From Spirochaetia bacterium (GTDB lineage Bacteria > Spirochaetota > Spirochaetia > UBA9216): DNA of 64,000 nucleotides. A model generated the notes under the pieces. The model worked only from the letters and a program-made list of their open reading frames with translations, searched no databases and was not told where the DNA came from. The position numbers and the translations under genes are program-made. This document shows, in pieces, positions 38,031 through 46,897 of the stretch. The DNA lies in contig OY776510.1 in NCBI GenBank assembly GCA_963675665.1, positions 4,096,001-4,160,000 on the forward strand, read 5' to 3'. The stretch's first letter is position 1. The number at the start of each line of letters is the position of its first letter.

Positions 38031-39210
38031 CGAATTTCGAACATGATACTTCGACAGCGTTTTCCATCAGCCTGGCGAAATCATATGTTACAATTTTCCT
38101 GGAAATTGCAGCGGTGATTCCTTTTTCTATCAGACGGGATGCCTCGGTCCAGCCCATGTATTCAAGCATCATCCGCCCCGACAGGATTATAGAACTGGGA
38201 TTCACCTTGTCGAGACCTGCATATTTAGGCGCGGTTCCGTGAGTGGCTTCGAAAATTGCCGTTCCGCTTGTGTAATTAATATTAGCACCCGGGGCAATCC
38301 CGATACCGCCGACCTGAGCAGCCAGAGCGTCTGATATATAGTCACCGTTCAAATTCATTGTAGCTACTACATCATATTCGGCAGGTCTGGTCAAAATCTG
38401 CTGCAGAAATGCGTCGGCTATAACATCTTTTATCAAAATTTTACCTTCAGGCACTTTTCCGTTGCAGTCTTCCCAGCTGACGACCTGGTCTGCAAATTCA
38501 CGTTTGGCAAGAGCGTATCCCCATTCGCGAAAAGCACCCTCGGTATACTTCATGATATTGCCCTTATGAACAAGGGTCACCGACTTTCTGTCGTTGGCAA
38601 CAGCGTATTCAATAGCCGCACGCACAAGACGTTCAGTGCCGCTCAGACTGATTGGTTTAATGCCTATTCCGGAATCAGGTTTTACTTCCCAGCCCATGGT
38701 CTCTTTCAGGAATTTTATCAGTTCTGCCGTCTTGTCTTTACCGGCAGCAGTTTCGTAGCCGGCGTAAACGTCTTCGGTATTCTCTCTGAAAACCACCATG
38801 TCGATTAGATCCGGATTTATAACAGGACTCGGGATTCCCGGGTAATGCTTTACCGGACGCAGACAGACATAAAGATCAAGCCTCTGTCTCAGCGCAACAT
38901 TAAGACTGCGGATACCGCCCCCGATTGGTGTTGTCAGCGGCCCCTTGATTCCGACAAGGTATTCCGTAAAAGCTTCCTCGGTTTCTCCCGGCAGCCAGCT
39001 CCCGGTTTTATCAAAGGCTTTCTGCCCTGCCAGAACTTCCATCCATTCTATCTTTTTATCGCTTCCGTAAGCTGTTTTTACTGCTGCATCCATGACGCGC
39101 ACTGCCGCGGCCCAGATATCAGGACCGATTCCGTCCCCTTCGATATACGGAATAACCGGATCCGAAGGCACCTGCAGCACACCGTTGTTCATGGTTATTT
39201 TTGTTCCCAT
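38002..39210 (-). CDS. icd: NADP-dependent isocitrate dehydrogenase
   Basis: [57 protein letters not shown]. Confidence 0.98.
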   Translation of the reverse strand: MGTKITMNNGVLQVPSDPVIPYIEGDGIGPDIWAAAVRVMDAAVKTAYGSDKKIEWMEVLAGQKAFDKTGSWLPGETEEAFTEYLVGIKGPLTTPIGGGIRSLNVALRQRLDLYVCLRPVKHYPGIPSPVINPDLIDMVVFRENTEDVYAGYETAAGKDKTAELIKFLKETMGWEVKPDSGIGIKPISLSGTERLVRAAIEYAVANDRKSVTLVHKGNIMKYTEGAFREWGYALAKREFADQVVSWEDCNGKVPEGKILIKDVIADAFLQQILTRPAEYDVVATMNLNGDYISDALAAQVGGIGIAPGANINYTSGTAIFEATHGTAPKYAGLDKVNPSSIILSGRMMLEYMGWTEASRLIEKGITAAISRKIVTYDFARLMENAVEVSCSKFGDTIIENMC

Positions 39211-39217
39211 CAAATAA

Positions 39218-39294
39218 CTCCTATAAAAAATTCCAGCCGTGGAAGGCTGTTCGGGAAGTAATGATAAAATATCATGTATTATATTTTATCATTA
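39218..39294. repeat. Composite hairpin element, copy B (upstream of icd)
   Basis: CAGCC-GTGGAA-GGCTG (39234-39249) in a ~35-nt block nearly identical to copy A; TAATGATAAAATAT / ATATTTTATCATTA palindrome (39259-39294). Confidence 0.75.
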
Positions 39295-39391
39295 ATGCAA
39301 CTGATTCTAACAGAATGAATTAGCTCTATCAATCACTATGCATAAACACCCGCTTTTCTTTCATAAACCATTATGGTATCATCTGTCAGAT

Positions 39392-40537
39392 ATGCGAAGG
39401 ATATTTTTTGCCCTGGTGTTGCTGACTGCAATTTTGTTTCTGTTTTCCGGATGCAGAAACCCCAAAGACTGGTTCTACGACAGATTTCTCGCACCTGTAA
39501 ATTATTATATAGTCGGTGATTCCGAAGAACGAACCCAGCTCAGAAGGCTATTCGAAGAAACTGAAAACCGGAAGGGCGATCATGAGGGAACTCTTACGGT
39601 TATGCAACAGATAATCAAGATTCTGCACAATGCCGATGAAGATGAAAAAATGAACCTCTTTCTTACGGCATATGTTGAAAACAATCCGGCTGATCCGTTT
39701 AATGCATATTACCTTCTGATGGTTGCTGAAAACTACCATCAGGACGGCGCCTACCCGTTCGCAACGCATTATTATGAACGAATCCTGAAAAATTACCCTG
39801 ATCTGCTTGTTCAGGGGCAGTCCATTCACAATATCTGCCTTAAATATCTGATTAATATGATCGAAGAACCCGCTATCAGGGTTAATTACTACAAGGAACT
39901 TATCGCGCGTTTCAGCGAACCGAACGAACTTTACCCTGAACTGGACCTGATAGATAAAGGACCGGTGTACTATTACATGGCGAAAACATACGAAGAGCTC
40001 GGCGAATGGGAACTGGCGGTTCAGGCTTACCGCAGTTTTCTGTCATATCCCGAATGTGAAATTCCCGGCAACCCGATGGCCCACTCAGAAATATCAGACA
40101 TGATTGCTTTCTATGATTACCGGGATAAAAGCTGGATAATGGACAACCTTGAGGATCTGACCAAATACGTCCAATGGGCGGTCTGGGGCCGCAACTCATC
40201 CAGGCTCAACCGGTACCGTGCAAAGGTAAACTTCTTTGCTACAGCCTGGGAAGAAGAACTGACCGAAACGAACAAACTGGATGATCTTGAAAGCTTCTAT
40301 TCGGACCTCGGGGTGCTGATGACATCAAGGCTCCGCTGTGCCGAAGAACTTGATTCCGATTCCAACATGCAGGAAGCTTATCTTGAAACCTGGGGCTGGT
40401 CTTACCGAATCCCTACCTGGTATTTTTATTTCAGAAAAATATCGTTTCCTGCCGATCCTGAAATAAACGGAAAATGGGAATGGGCCGGAATTTACCTCGG
40501 CGAAAAACCCTTCTCCAGTGCAAAAAAGGAAGATTAA
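39392..40537 (+). CDS. Tetratricopeptide repeat lipoprotein (spirochaete type)
   Basis: MRRIFF...LFSGC lipobox; TPR-like helices; WEWAGIYLGE C-terminus. Confidence 0.85.
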   Translation: MRRIFFALVLLTAILFLFSGCRNPKDWFYDRFLAPVNYYIVGDSEERTQLRRLFEETENRKGDHEGTLTVMQQIIKILHNADEDEKMNLFLTAYVENNPADPFNAYYLLMVAENYHQDGAYPFATHYYERILKNYPDLLVQGQSIHNICLKYLINMIEEPAIRVNYYKELIARFSEPNELYPELDLIDKGPVYYYMAKTYEELGEWELAVQAYRSFLSYPECEIPGNPMAHSEISDMIAFYDYRDKSWIMDNLEDLTKYVQWAVWGRNSSRLNRYRAKVNFFATAWEEELTETNKLDDLESFYSDLGVLMTSRLRCAEELDSDSNMQEAYLETWGWSYRIPTWYFYFRKISFPADPEINGKWEWAGIYLGEKPFSSAKKED

Positions 40538-40543
40538 AAACAA

Positions 40544-41836
40544 TTGGGCAGATCAGGACTGCTTTTCCTACTGATATTTATTCTCTTCGCCGTCCCGGCG
40601 GTATTTTCGGATAATTCCCAGCCTCCGTCTTTTTTCCCGCTGCCGCTGCAGGATGTCGGAGGCGCTGCCGTCCATTCTTCAGACGTTTCGGCAGATCCGC
40701 TGATTGCCCACTATATCAATGAATATACAACCGAAAACGGGCAGAAAACAATGACTGCAATCCTTCGCCGCGGCGCCCCCTATTTCGGGTTTATCTACAA
40801 CAGACTTGTTTACGCCGGAATGCCGCCCGAACTGATGTACCTGCCTGCTGTTGAATCAGGTTTCAGGGCCTGGGCGGTTTCACGTTCCGGGGCTGCCGGA
40901 TTCTGGCAGTTTATGATGAACAGTATCTCTCCGTACGACATCGATATCAACGAATGGCAGGACGACCGGCGCGACTTCTGGAAAGCAACTGAAGCGGCGC
41001 TGAAAAAACTGCAGCATAACTACGAACGAACAGGAAGCTGGCCTCTCGCCGTGGCTGCCTATAACTGCGGTCTGGGCCGGATTGAACGCGCTGTTGCGGC
41101 ATCCGGTACAACCGATTATATTAAACTTTACGAACAGGGTTACATTCCGGGGGAAACACGTAATTACGTGCCGAAATTTTTCGCATTTGCCCATCTTGCA
41201 ACCCATGCTGAACAGTACGGTCTTACGGCATCTGCCGTGATGGACACCCCTGCCGCTGAAGAATCTTCCGAATGGGAACGTATCGAGCTTAACCAGGCCG
41301 TTAATCTTGTTATTCTGGCCTCAAAAGCCGGTATTCCCGTGTCTTTTCTGCACGAAGCAAACGCCGAACTCCGTCACGGTATAACGCCGCCGGTATCATA
41401 CAGCTATAAGCTGAAGGTTCCGGCAGGATATTCCGATAGTATAAAAAGAGTGCTTGAACAGACCAGCGAACCGCTTATGAGATTCTACATACATGAGATA
41501 AAAAGCGGTGATACCTTCTATGCGCTCTCACGGCATTTCGGAGTTTCGGTTTCGATGATCGAAATGTATAACCCCGGAGCTGATGCAAGGGCCCTGCGTT
41601 CCGGACAGAAGATAATCATTCCGGCGCTTAAGGAAACAGAGCCGTTCAGGACTGATTATAAAGCGGCTGAAAGATGGAACAGTTCAACGGCGTATACCGT
41701 TGCGGCCGGGGACAGTTTCTGGAGTATCGCCAGAAGGTTCAATACAAGCGTTGAGGAAATTGCTTTTAACAACGGAATGGACGCCGGAGAAACATTGAGA
41801 GCGGGCATTATTATTCAGGTTCCGCTTGATAACTGA
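40544..41836 (+). CDS. Lytic murein transglycosylase with LysM domains (MltD-like)
   Basis: PAVES, AAGFWQF, AAYNCG, ETRNYVPKF; two LysM repeats (SGDTFYAL, AGDSFWSIA). Confidence 0.93.
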   Translation: MGRSGLLFLLIFILFAVPAVFSDNSQPPSFFPLPLQDVGGAAVHSSDVSADPLIAHYINEYTTENGQKTMTAILRRGAPYFGFIYNRLVYAGMPPELMYLPAVESGFRAWAVSRSGAAGFWQFMMNSISPYDIDINEWQDDRRDFWKATEAALKKLQHNYERTGSWPLAVAAYNCGLGRIERAVAASGTTDYIKLYEQGYIPGETRNYVPKFFAFAHLATHAEQYGLTASAVMDTPAAEESSEWERIELNQAVNLVILASKAGIPVSFLHEANAELRHGITPPVSYSYKLKVPAGYSDSIKRVLEQTSEPLMRFYIHEIKSGDTFYALSRHFGVSVSMIEMYNPGADARALRSGQKIIIPALKETEPFRTDYKAAERWNSSTAYTVAAGDSFWSIARRFNTSVEEIAFNNGMDAGETLRAGIIIQVPLDN

Positions 41837-42725
41837 ACGGGAGAAAATATCGGCATTAATGAACAGGCTGCAGTATATAAAAAGGAAAATACCGCTCTTG
41901 ATTTCAGCATTACTGCTGACGGCGGCCCAGGGCCTTTACGCCCAATATAATATAGAAACAGATACTGAAGTATCGTGGATTACAGGAGATATACTGATCT
42001 CTGCGTCAGCGGAAATACCGGCAGCAACTGCAAATCTTACTACGGCCAGGTTCCGTTTAACGGAAACCATAGACCGGGATTTAACGTCTATCGTAACCGG
42101 CGCGTTTGACGAAATATATCTTGATTCCCGTCAGACTTTAAGCGAAGGCTTCACTTCAAACCAGAAAAGACTTACCGATTTTGATGCGCTGAACCTGACG
42201 AAAAGCCGGGTTTCAAGCAGTATGAGTCTTAAACTCGATTCGGTCACGAATCTTTATAAATACAATATCTATAACGATCTTATACCGCTTCTTCTTACTC
42301 ATGAAAAACCCGCGCCGATACCGACAATTCTCAACTGGGAACCGACGGCCGCTTTCTCGGGGATAATAATATACGCTGCGGATCCCCTGCCCTGGTACGG
42401 CGAACCAGGCAGCGGGCATCTTCAGCAGGCGGTTTTTCCCAAAATATACAGCCGCCGGATGTCACCGGTAGCCTCAGCCGAAATGGCCGAGCCTGAATAC
42501 CTTGAGAAATGGGGTTTTGTACTTTATACGGATTCTCTTGATGAACGTCGTTTCGAAGAAAGGATAGGCCTGTATCCTTACCGCACAACAGCAGAGGCTA
42601 TTTTCGGGAACAACCACACCGACATCCTGATTACGGAAGAAGCAGCGCAAAAAATCCTGTTCAACAAAGCCAATCACCGCCTTATCCGGGAAGGCCGGAT
42701 TGTCGTTGTTATCGGAAATCACTGA
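41826..42725 (+). CDS. Conserved hypothetical exported protein (start may be ATG 41859)
   Basis: Signal-like segment; FSGIIIYA, FPKIY, EGRIVVVI motifs; coupled to mltD. Confidence 0.75.
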   Translation: MITEREKISALMNRLQYIKRKIPLLISALLLTAAQGLYAQYNIETDTEVSWITGDILISASAEIPAATANLTTARFRLTETIDRDLTSIVTGAFDEIYLDSRQTLSEGFTSNQKRLTDFDALNLTKSRVSSSMSLKLDSVTNLYKYNIYNDLIPLLLTHEKPAPIPTILNWEPTAAFSGIIIYAADPLPWYGEPGSGHLQQAVFPKIYSRRMSPVASAEMAEPEYLEKWGFVLYTDSLDERRFEERIGLYPYRTTAEAIFGNNHTDILITEEAAQKILFNKANHRLIREGRIVVVIGNH

Positions 42726-43882
42726 AAATAGAGGCCAAGCGCCTGCTTTCGGAAGTTTCGTACCTTCACGTTATCAGTTTCAAAATCAAGATCACCGTCA
42801 TACAGCAGCAAGCCGGCGCCCTGCGGGTTCGAGAGCTTTCTGAAATACCTGATGCCCCTGATAAAATCTTCCCTGAAGGTCCTCGCCGATTTAATTTCTA
42901 CCGGTGTATAGGAAACGCCGGGAATAAGCAGATCCACTTCATTGCCGTGGTGGTCCCTGAAAAAATACAGGTTCGGATCGCTTCCTTTATTCAGCCTTTC
43001 TTTATAAATATCCGCAATTATCATGTTCTCAAAAAGGCTGCCGAATACGGGGTCGCGCTCCAGTTGTTCAGCCGTTTCGATACCCAACAGATAAATCGCC
43101 AGACCTACCTCCGTAAAATAAATTTTCGGCGATTTCGTTAATCTTTTTCCATAATTATTAAAGAAAGGAGGAAGCCTGAATACAATAAAGGAAGCTTCAA
43201 GGACGCTTAGCCATTTTTTCAGCTGCGGGGCGCTTATCCCAACCTGGTTCGCAATGCTGTTGTAGTTGATTTCCTGCCCTGCTCTGGCTGCAAGCAGCTT
43301 CATGAATAGCTCAAAAGCCTGTTGATTCTCTATAGCCATCAGTTTTCGAACATCGCGCTCAATATAGGTCTGAAAATAATCACGGTAAAATCTTCCGGGC
43401 CTGATATTCTGATCATGAAGCCTGGGCATAAACCCCCTCAATAACAACTCACTCCTGTCCTTTTGAATATACGCCGGGCCCAGCTCGCTGAACGAGAAAG
43501 AAAGCAGCGTCAGCATAGCAGTACGGCCTGCCAGCGATTGTGTGATTGCTTCTTTTAACTTCAACTGATGACTTCCGGTCAATATAAATTGTGCCTTCAA
43601 CCGGGGAGAATTATCAGTAGCCACCTGTATCCATGACAGAAGTTCCGGCACGTTCTGGATTTCGTCAATAATAACCGGCGTCGGATACATTTTCAGAAAA
43701 CTCTTAGGATCATTCAAAGCCAGGGTCCGCAACTCCGGATTCTCAAGATTTGCATATCTGTATTCGGGAAAACACATTTTTGCGAGCGTGGTCTTTCCCG
43801 ATTGCCGCGGTCCCGTGATTGTAATTACCGGATATTCCTTTGCTGTTTGAAGCAACTCTGCTTCTATATTCCTTTTCAACAT
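42719..43882 (-). CDS. AAA_14 ATPase with DUF4143 (PD-(D/E)XK-like) C-terminus
   Basis: GPRQSGKTT, IDEIQ, LTGS, SLAGR, YIERD, KSPKIY, FENM, EVD, VEIK. Confidence 0.93.
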   Translation of the reverse strand: MLKRNIEAELLQTAKEYPVITITGPRQSGKTTLAKMCFPEYRYANLENPELRTLALNDPKSFLKMYPTPVIIDEIQNVPELLSWIQVATDNSPRLKAQFILTGSHQLKLKEAITQSLAGRTAMLTLLSFSFSELGPAYIQKDRSELLLRGFMPRLHDQNIRPGRFYRDYFQTYIERDVRKLMAIENQQAFELFMKLLAARAGQEINYNSIANQVGISAPQLKKWLSVLEASFIVFRLPPFFNNYGKRLTKSPKIYFTEVGLAIYLLGIETAEQLERDPVFGSLFENMIIADIYKERLNKGSDPNLYFFRDHHGNEVDLLIPGVSYTPVEIKSARTFREDFIRGIRYFRKLSNPQGAGLLLYDGDLDFETDNVKVRNFRKQALGLYFQ

Positions 43883-43884
43883 AT

Positions 43885-43919
43885 TGGACAATTATAAACT
43901 CAGAGTTTAGATTTGTCCA
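43885..43919 (-). promoter_or_regulatory. Promoter fully covered by a 17-bp-arm inverted repeat (putative operator)
   Basis: TGGACA-N17-TATAAT on minus strand; arms TGGACAATTATAAACTC / GAGTTTAGATTTGTCCA, 15 of 17 complementary, 1-nt centre. Confidence 0.75.
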
Positions 43920-43980
43920 GATTTAGTAAGCCGAAATTTGATACTATCTTACTCTTTGTACTATCCACAAAATTTTCAAA

Positions 43981-44667
43981 TCACAAAAGGCTCTTCGTTT
44001 CATATTCTTTATTTAACTTCCTAAAATAGTCCTGTAAAATCAGGCGGATCGCATTTTTCTCATTTCCACTATTTCTTTGACTATTCAAATCAAGCGCACG
44101 ATTGAATTCTCTGCTTGCATTTGCATAAGCATCTTCAATAACCGCAGTCTCACTTTCCTGCATTATAGATAACCAATAGATACCGTTAAAAAAACATCTT
44201 GTAACGTCATCATCTTTACCTTGCCAATTATAACTATTAAAAAGGCTTACAAAATGCGATATCATCTCATTCTCGGAATTAATTTTTGCTTCTACAATCA
44301 ACATACTCTTTTCTAATATTATCAAATCATTTTTGATGTCATCGGAGGCTCTGGAATAATCAGCCTGAAGTGTTATTACCGCACTCTCTATTCCAGTGAA
44401 GATTGAGCCCATCTTTGAATCAACTCTTTCAAAATAAGGCTCAATATCTTTGACCTTATCTTCAATATTTATGGTTCTAGTATTTATATTGCTTACAGTA
44501 CGATTAAACTGATTCTTAAGAAACTCATTTTGTTCTTCAAGCTTTTCATTTTGCTCTTCTAATCTTGTTATAATATTTGAATAATCGCTTAAATCTTTGT
44601 ACTTGTTATAAGCGGTAAATCCTAATTGCAAAAAAAGGCATAGAATTGAAACACATATAATAGCCAC
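43981..44667 (-). CDS. AT-rich hypothetical membrane-anchored coiled-coil protein, probably N-terminally truncated
   Basis: TM segment then LEEQNEKLEEQNEFL heptads; frame stays open upstream to 44718 with no clear start or SD. Confidence 0.55.
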   Translation of the reverse strand: MAIICVSILCLFLQLGFTAYNKYKDLSDYSNIITRLEEQNEKLEEQNEFLKNQFNRTVSNINTRTINIEDKVKDIEPYFERVDSKMGSIFTGIESAVITLQADYSRASDDIKNDLIILEKSMLIVEAKINSENEMISHFVSLFNSYNWQGKDDDVTRCFFNGIYWLSIMQESETAVIEDAYANASREFNRALDLNSQRNSGNEKNAIRLILQDYFRKLNKEYETKSLL

Positions 44668-44714
44668 CTTTCTCTTTAGTTCTATATATTTTACAGTAAG
44701 AAAAATACCAGCTA

Positions 44715-45398
44715 TTGTTTATTCTGTCTTATGAAACCGACAACAACGGTGTTTTTAAGGCTTACGGCAAAGAAATAGCTGAGCCACTATCGACAGGACC
44801 TGATTACGGAGTTAAAGGCATGCTGCTGAAAATTTCTCCGGACGGAGAAACTGCAGGCGAACATATTGTTCTTTCAAATTCCTCCTTTCTTCTTGATAAA
44901 CTGAGCTACTTTGCCGTGCCGAACATGAGAAATGAAGCGCTGCTGCTTCACAACCTGACCCGGGAGCGAACGGACAATCCAGGGTACCAACTATACAAGG
45001 TCTCAGTAGATACCGGAAAAATCATAACTGAAAGCGATTTTTTTGAAGGCGAGACTGCCGACAGCAGGGTAATCCCGTCCGGCGAAAACTTCCTCATTGC
45101 AGTTTCCTCCATTGAAAACGGCAGCCCGGTTCTCCGGATCTTTGATAACTGCCTGCATGAGATAAAAGCAATCGAATGTATTGCGCCCTTGTCTTTGGGC
45201 CCGCTGCTCTTCTCAAAAGGCGACGGATTCCGCCTCTTTTTTCTGCAGGACGGCGAAGTCTGGTCGCTTGATTCAAACATGGTTCCCCGAATTGAGCTTT
45301 CATCGAAATATCAACAAGCGGTTTTTTTTCAGAATAAGGGACCCAAACTGCTTCTTTATCGCGATGATAACATAGAAATATTTCCTCTTCTGCGTTAA
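44715..45398 (+). CDS. Hypothetical protein, probably C-terminal fragment of a beta-rich exported protein
   Basis: 227-aa ORF with TTG start, no SD, begins at a compositional junction. Confidence 0.5.
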   Translation: MFILSYETDNNGVFKAYGKEIAEPLSTGPDYGVKGMLLKISPDGETAGEHIVLSNSSFLLDKLSYFAVPNMRNEALLLHNLTRERTDNPGYQLYKVSVDTGKIITESDFFEGETADSRVIPSGENFLIAVSSIENGSPVLRIFDNCLHEIKAIECIAPLSLGPLLFSKGDGFRLFFLQDGEVWSLDSNMVPRIELSSKYQQAVFFQNKGPKLLLYRDDNIEIFPLLR

Positions 45399-45410
45399 AC
45401 TTCATCTGCA

Positions 45411-46817
45411 ATGATTAAACTTTTATTCACTACAGAATACAACAGGACACAAAAGGATTACGGACTTGAGCTGACGGAAAATGAAAACGCCTGGTCTGCT
45501 TTTTCTGACGGAATGATGGAACTCTGGCCGGACCTGAAACTGCCATCTCCCGGCAGCCTTTCGTTTTCCCGGAGTGAAGAGAATATCACGCTGCATTGTA
45601 AAAAACCTTTAACAATAAACGGAGTTTCGGTTACCGACAGGACACTGAAACAGGGCGACCGCATTATTATCGGTCCGCTCAGAATATTCTATAACTCAAC
45701 TGAAACCGAAACAGAAGCGCCGGTTGCCGCCGCAAGTCCTTCCGTTTTGCCTGATTTCGGTATTCGCCGGGTTAAGCTGCTCCCCGCTGCAATAATAACC
45801 GGCGCTATAGTAGCGGCCGTTATTGCAGGCTGCGTAACCATTCCGAGGGGGAAAACCGCCATGGAAAGCCCTGACAAAGGACTCAGGGAAACTGCAGCAG
45901 CTGTATCAGCGGAACAGATACCGGCGCCGGCGGATGTCCCGGAAAGAGGTTCCGAAAAAAATATTGTAATACCTCCGGGCGGAACAGTGCCTGATTTTGA
46001 CCTCGACATTCTTTTTATTCATGCGCACCCGGACGACGAATCGCTTGATTTCGGCTGCCTGATGGCGCTGGCTGATGCCAAAGGGCTGAAAACCGGGCTC
46101 GTAACCTTCACGGACGGCGAGTCGGGACTCGACCTGTACCCTCTCAGACCGATAACAAACAATTATTCTGATCATTACATGGAAGGCGCCGAACTGGCAT
46201 CAGTCCGTTCGGTTGAACTTAAAAAAGCTGCCGGAATGCTCGGCGTGGACGTTCTTATCCGCCTCGGGCTGAAAAATCATCCGTATAACAGTATCGAGGA
46301 CGAGCTGACCACGGAAGATATTATCGACATCTGGGGCGGTGAAATCCGGTTGTCTGAAAAACTTCGAATGATAATGAATAAAACTTCACCAGAAACTGTC
46401 GTCGCTCCCGAAGGCCCCGGGAAAGCACGCGAACATTTTGAGCATGAAGCAGTGGGCTACATTGTGTCGATGGTGATGTCCGGATTCAGGCAGGAAGACT
46501 CCCATGCGCCCAAAAGGTTCATAACCAGTATTGATCCGAGACAGCGTGAATTATATCCGGAAGCTTCGAAGCTTGATGCCGGAATCATCACAGAAAACAC
46601 AGCAAAAAGCGGGAAGGTATCACTCAGACAAGTGCAGCTGTCGGCTCTGATACAGCATAAAACGCAAAACGATGCGGTAAACGTCGGCGCCGGTTTTCTT
46701 CCTGAATTCGATTATGAATATTATCAGATTCACTACTGGCGGACAAATAATACATGGAACGAATGGATCGCGGAACTTGATAAAACGGATAACAGGCTGG
46801 CGCAGACTACGCGGTAA
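45411..46817 (+). CDS. PIG-L/LmbE family deacetylase with N-terminal FHA-like segment and membrane anchor
   Basis: HAHPDDE, TDGE, RSVEL, EHFEH, HKTQ; N-terminal INGVSV...LKQGDRIIIG; TM ending IAGC. Confidence 0.85.
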   Translation: MIKLLFTTEYNRTQKDYGLELTENENAWSAFSDGMMELWPDLKLPSPGSLSFSRSEENITLHCKKPLTINGVSVTDRTLKQGDRIIIGPLRIFYNSTETETEAPVAAASPSVLPDFGIRRVKLLPAAIITGAIVAAVIAGCVTIPRGKTAMESPDKGLRETAAAVSAEQIPAPADVPERGSEKNIVIPPGGTVPDFDLDILFIHAHPDDESLDFGCLMALADAKGLKTGLVTFTDGESGLDLYPLRPITNNYSDHYMEGAELASVRSVELKKAAGMLGVDVLIRLGLKNHPYNSIEDELTTEDIIDIWGGEIRLSEKLRMIMNKTSPETVVAPEGPGKAREHFEHEAVGYIVSMVMSGFRQEDSHAPKRFITSIDPRQRELYPEASKLDAGIITENTAKSGKVSLRQVQLSALIQHKTQNDAVNVGAGFLPEFDYEYYQIHYWRTNNTWNEWIAELDKTDNRLAQTTR

Positions 46818-46897
46818 TTTAGCGTAACCGCCCCTTGCTAAAACCCTGATAACAGGTACAATATACTTGCAGATGACATTTCAAACCGGAGGCTCTC

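Noticed and set aside
42719-44715. Insertion sequence or prophage remnant explaining the AT-rich patch
   Set aside because: No transposase, integrase, terminal repeats or target-site duplication seen
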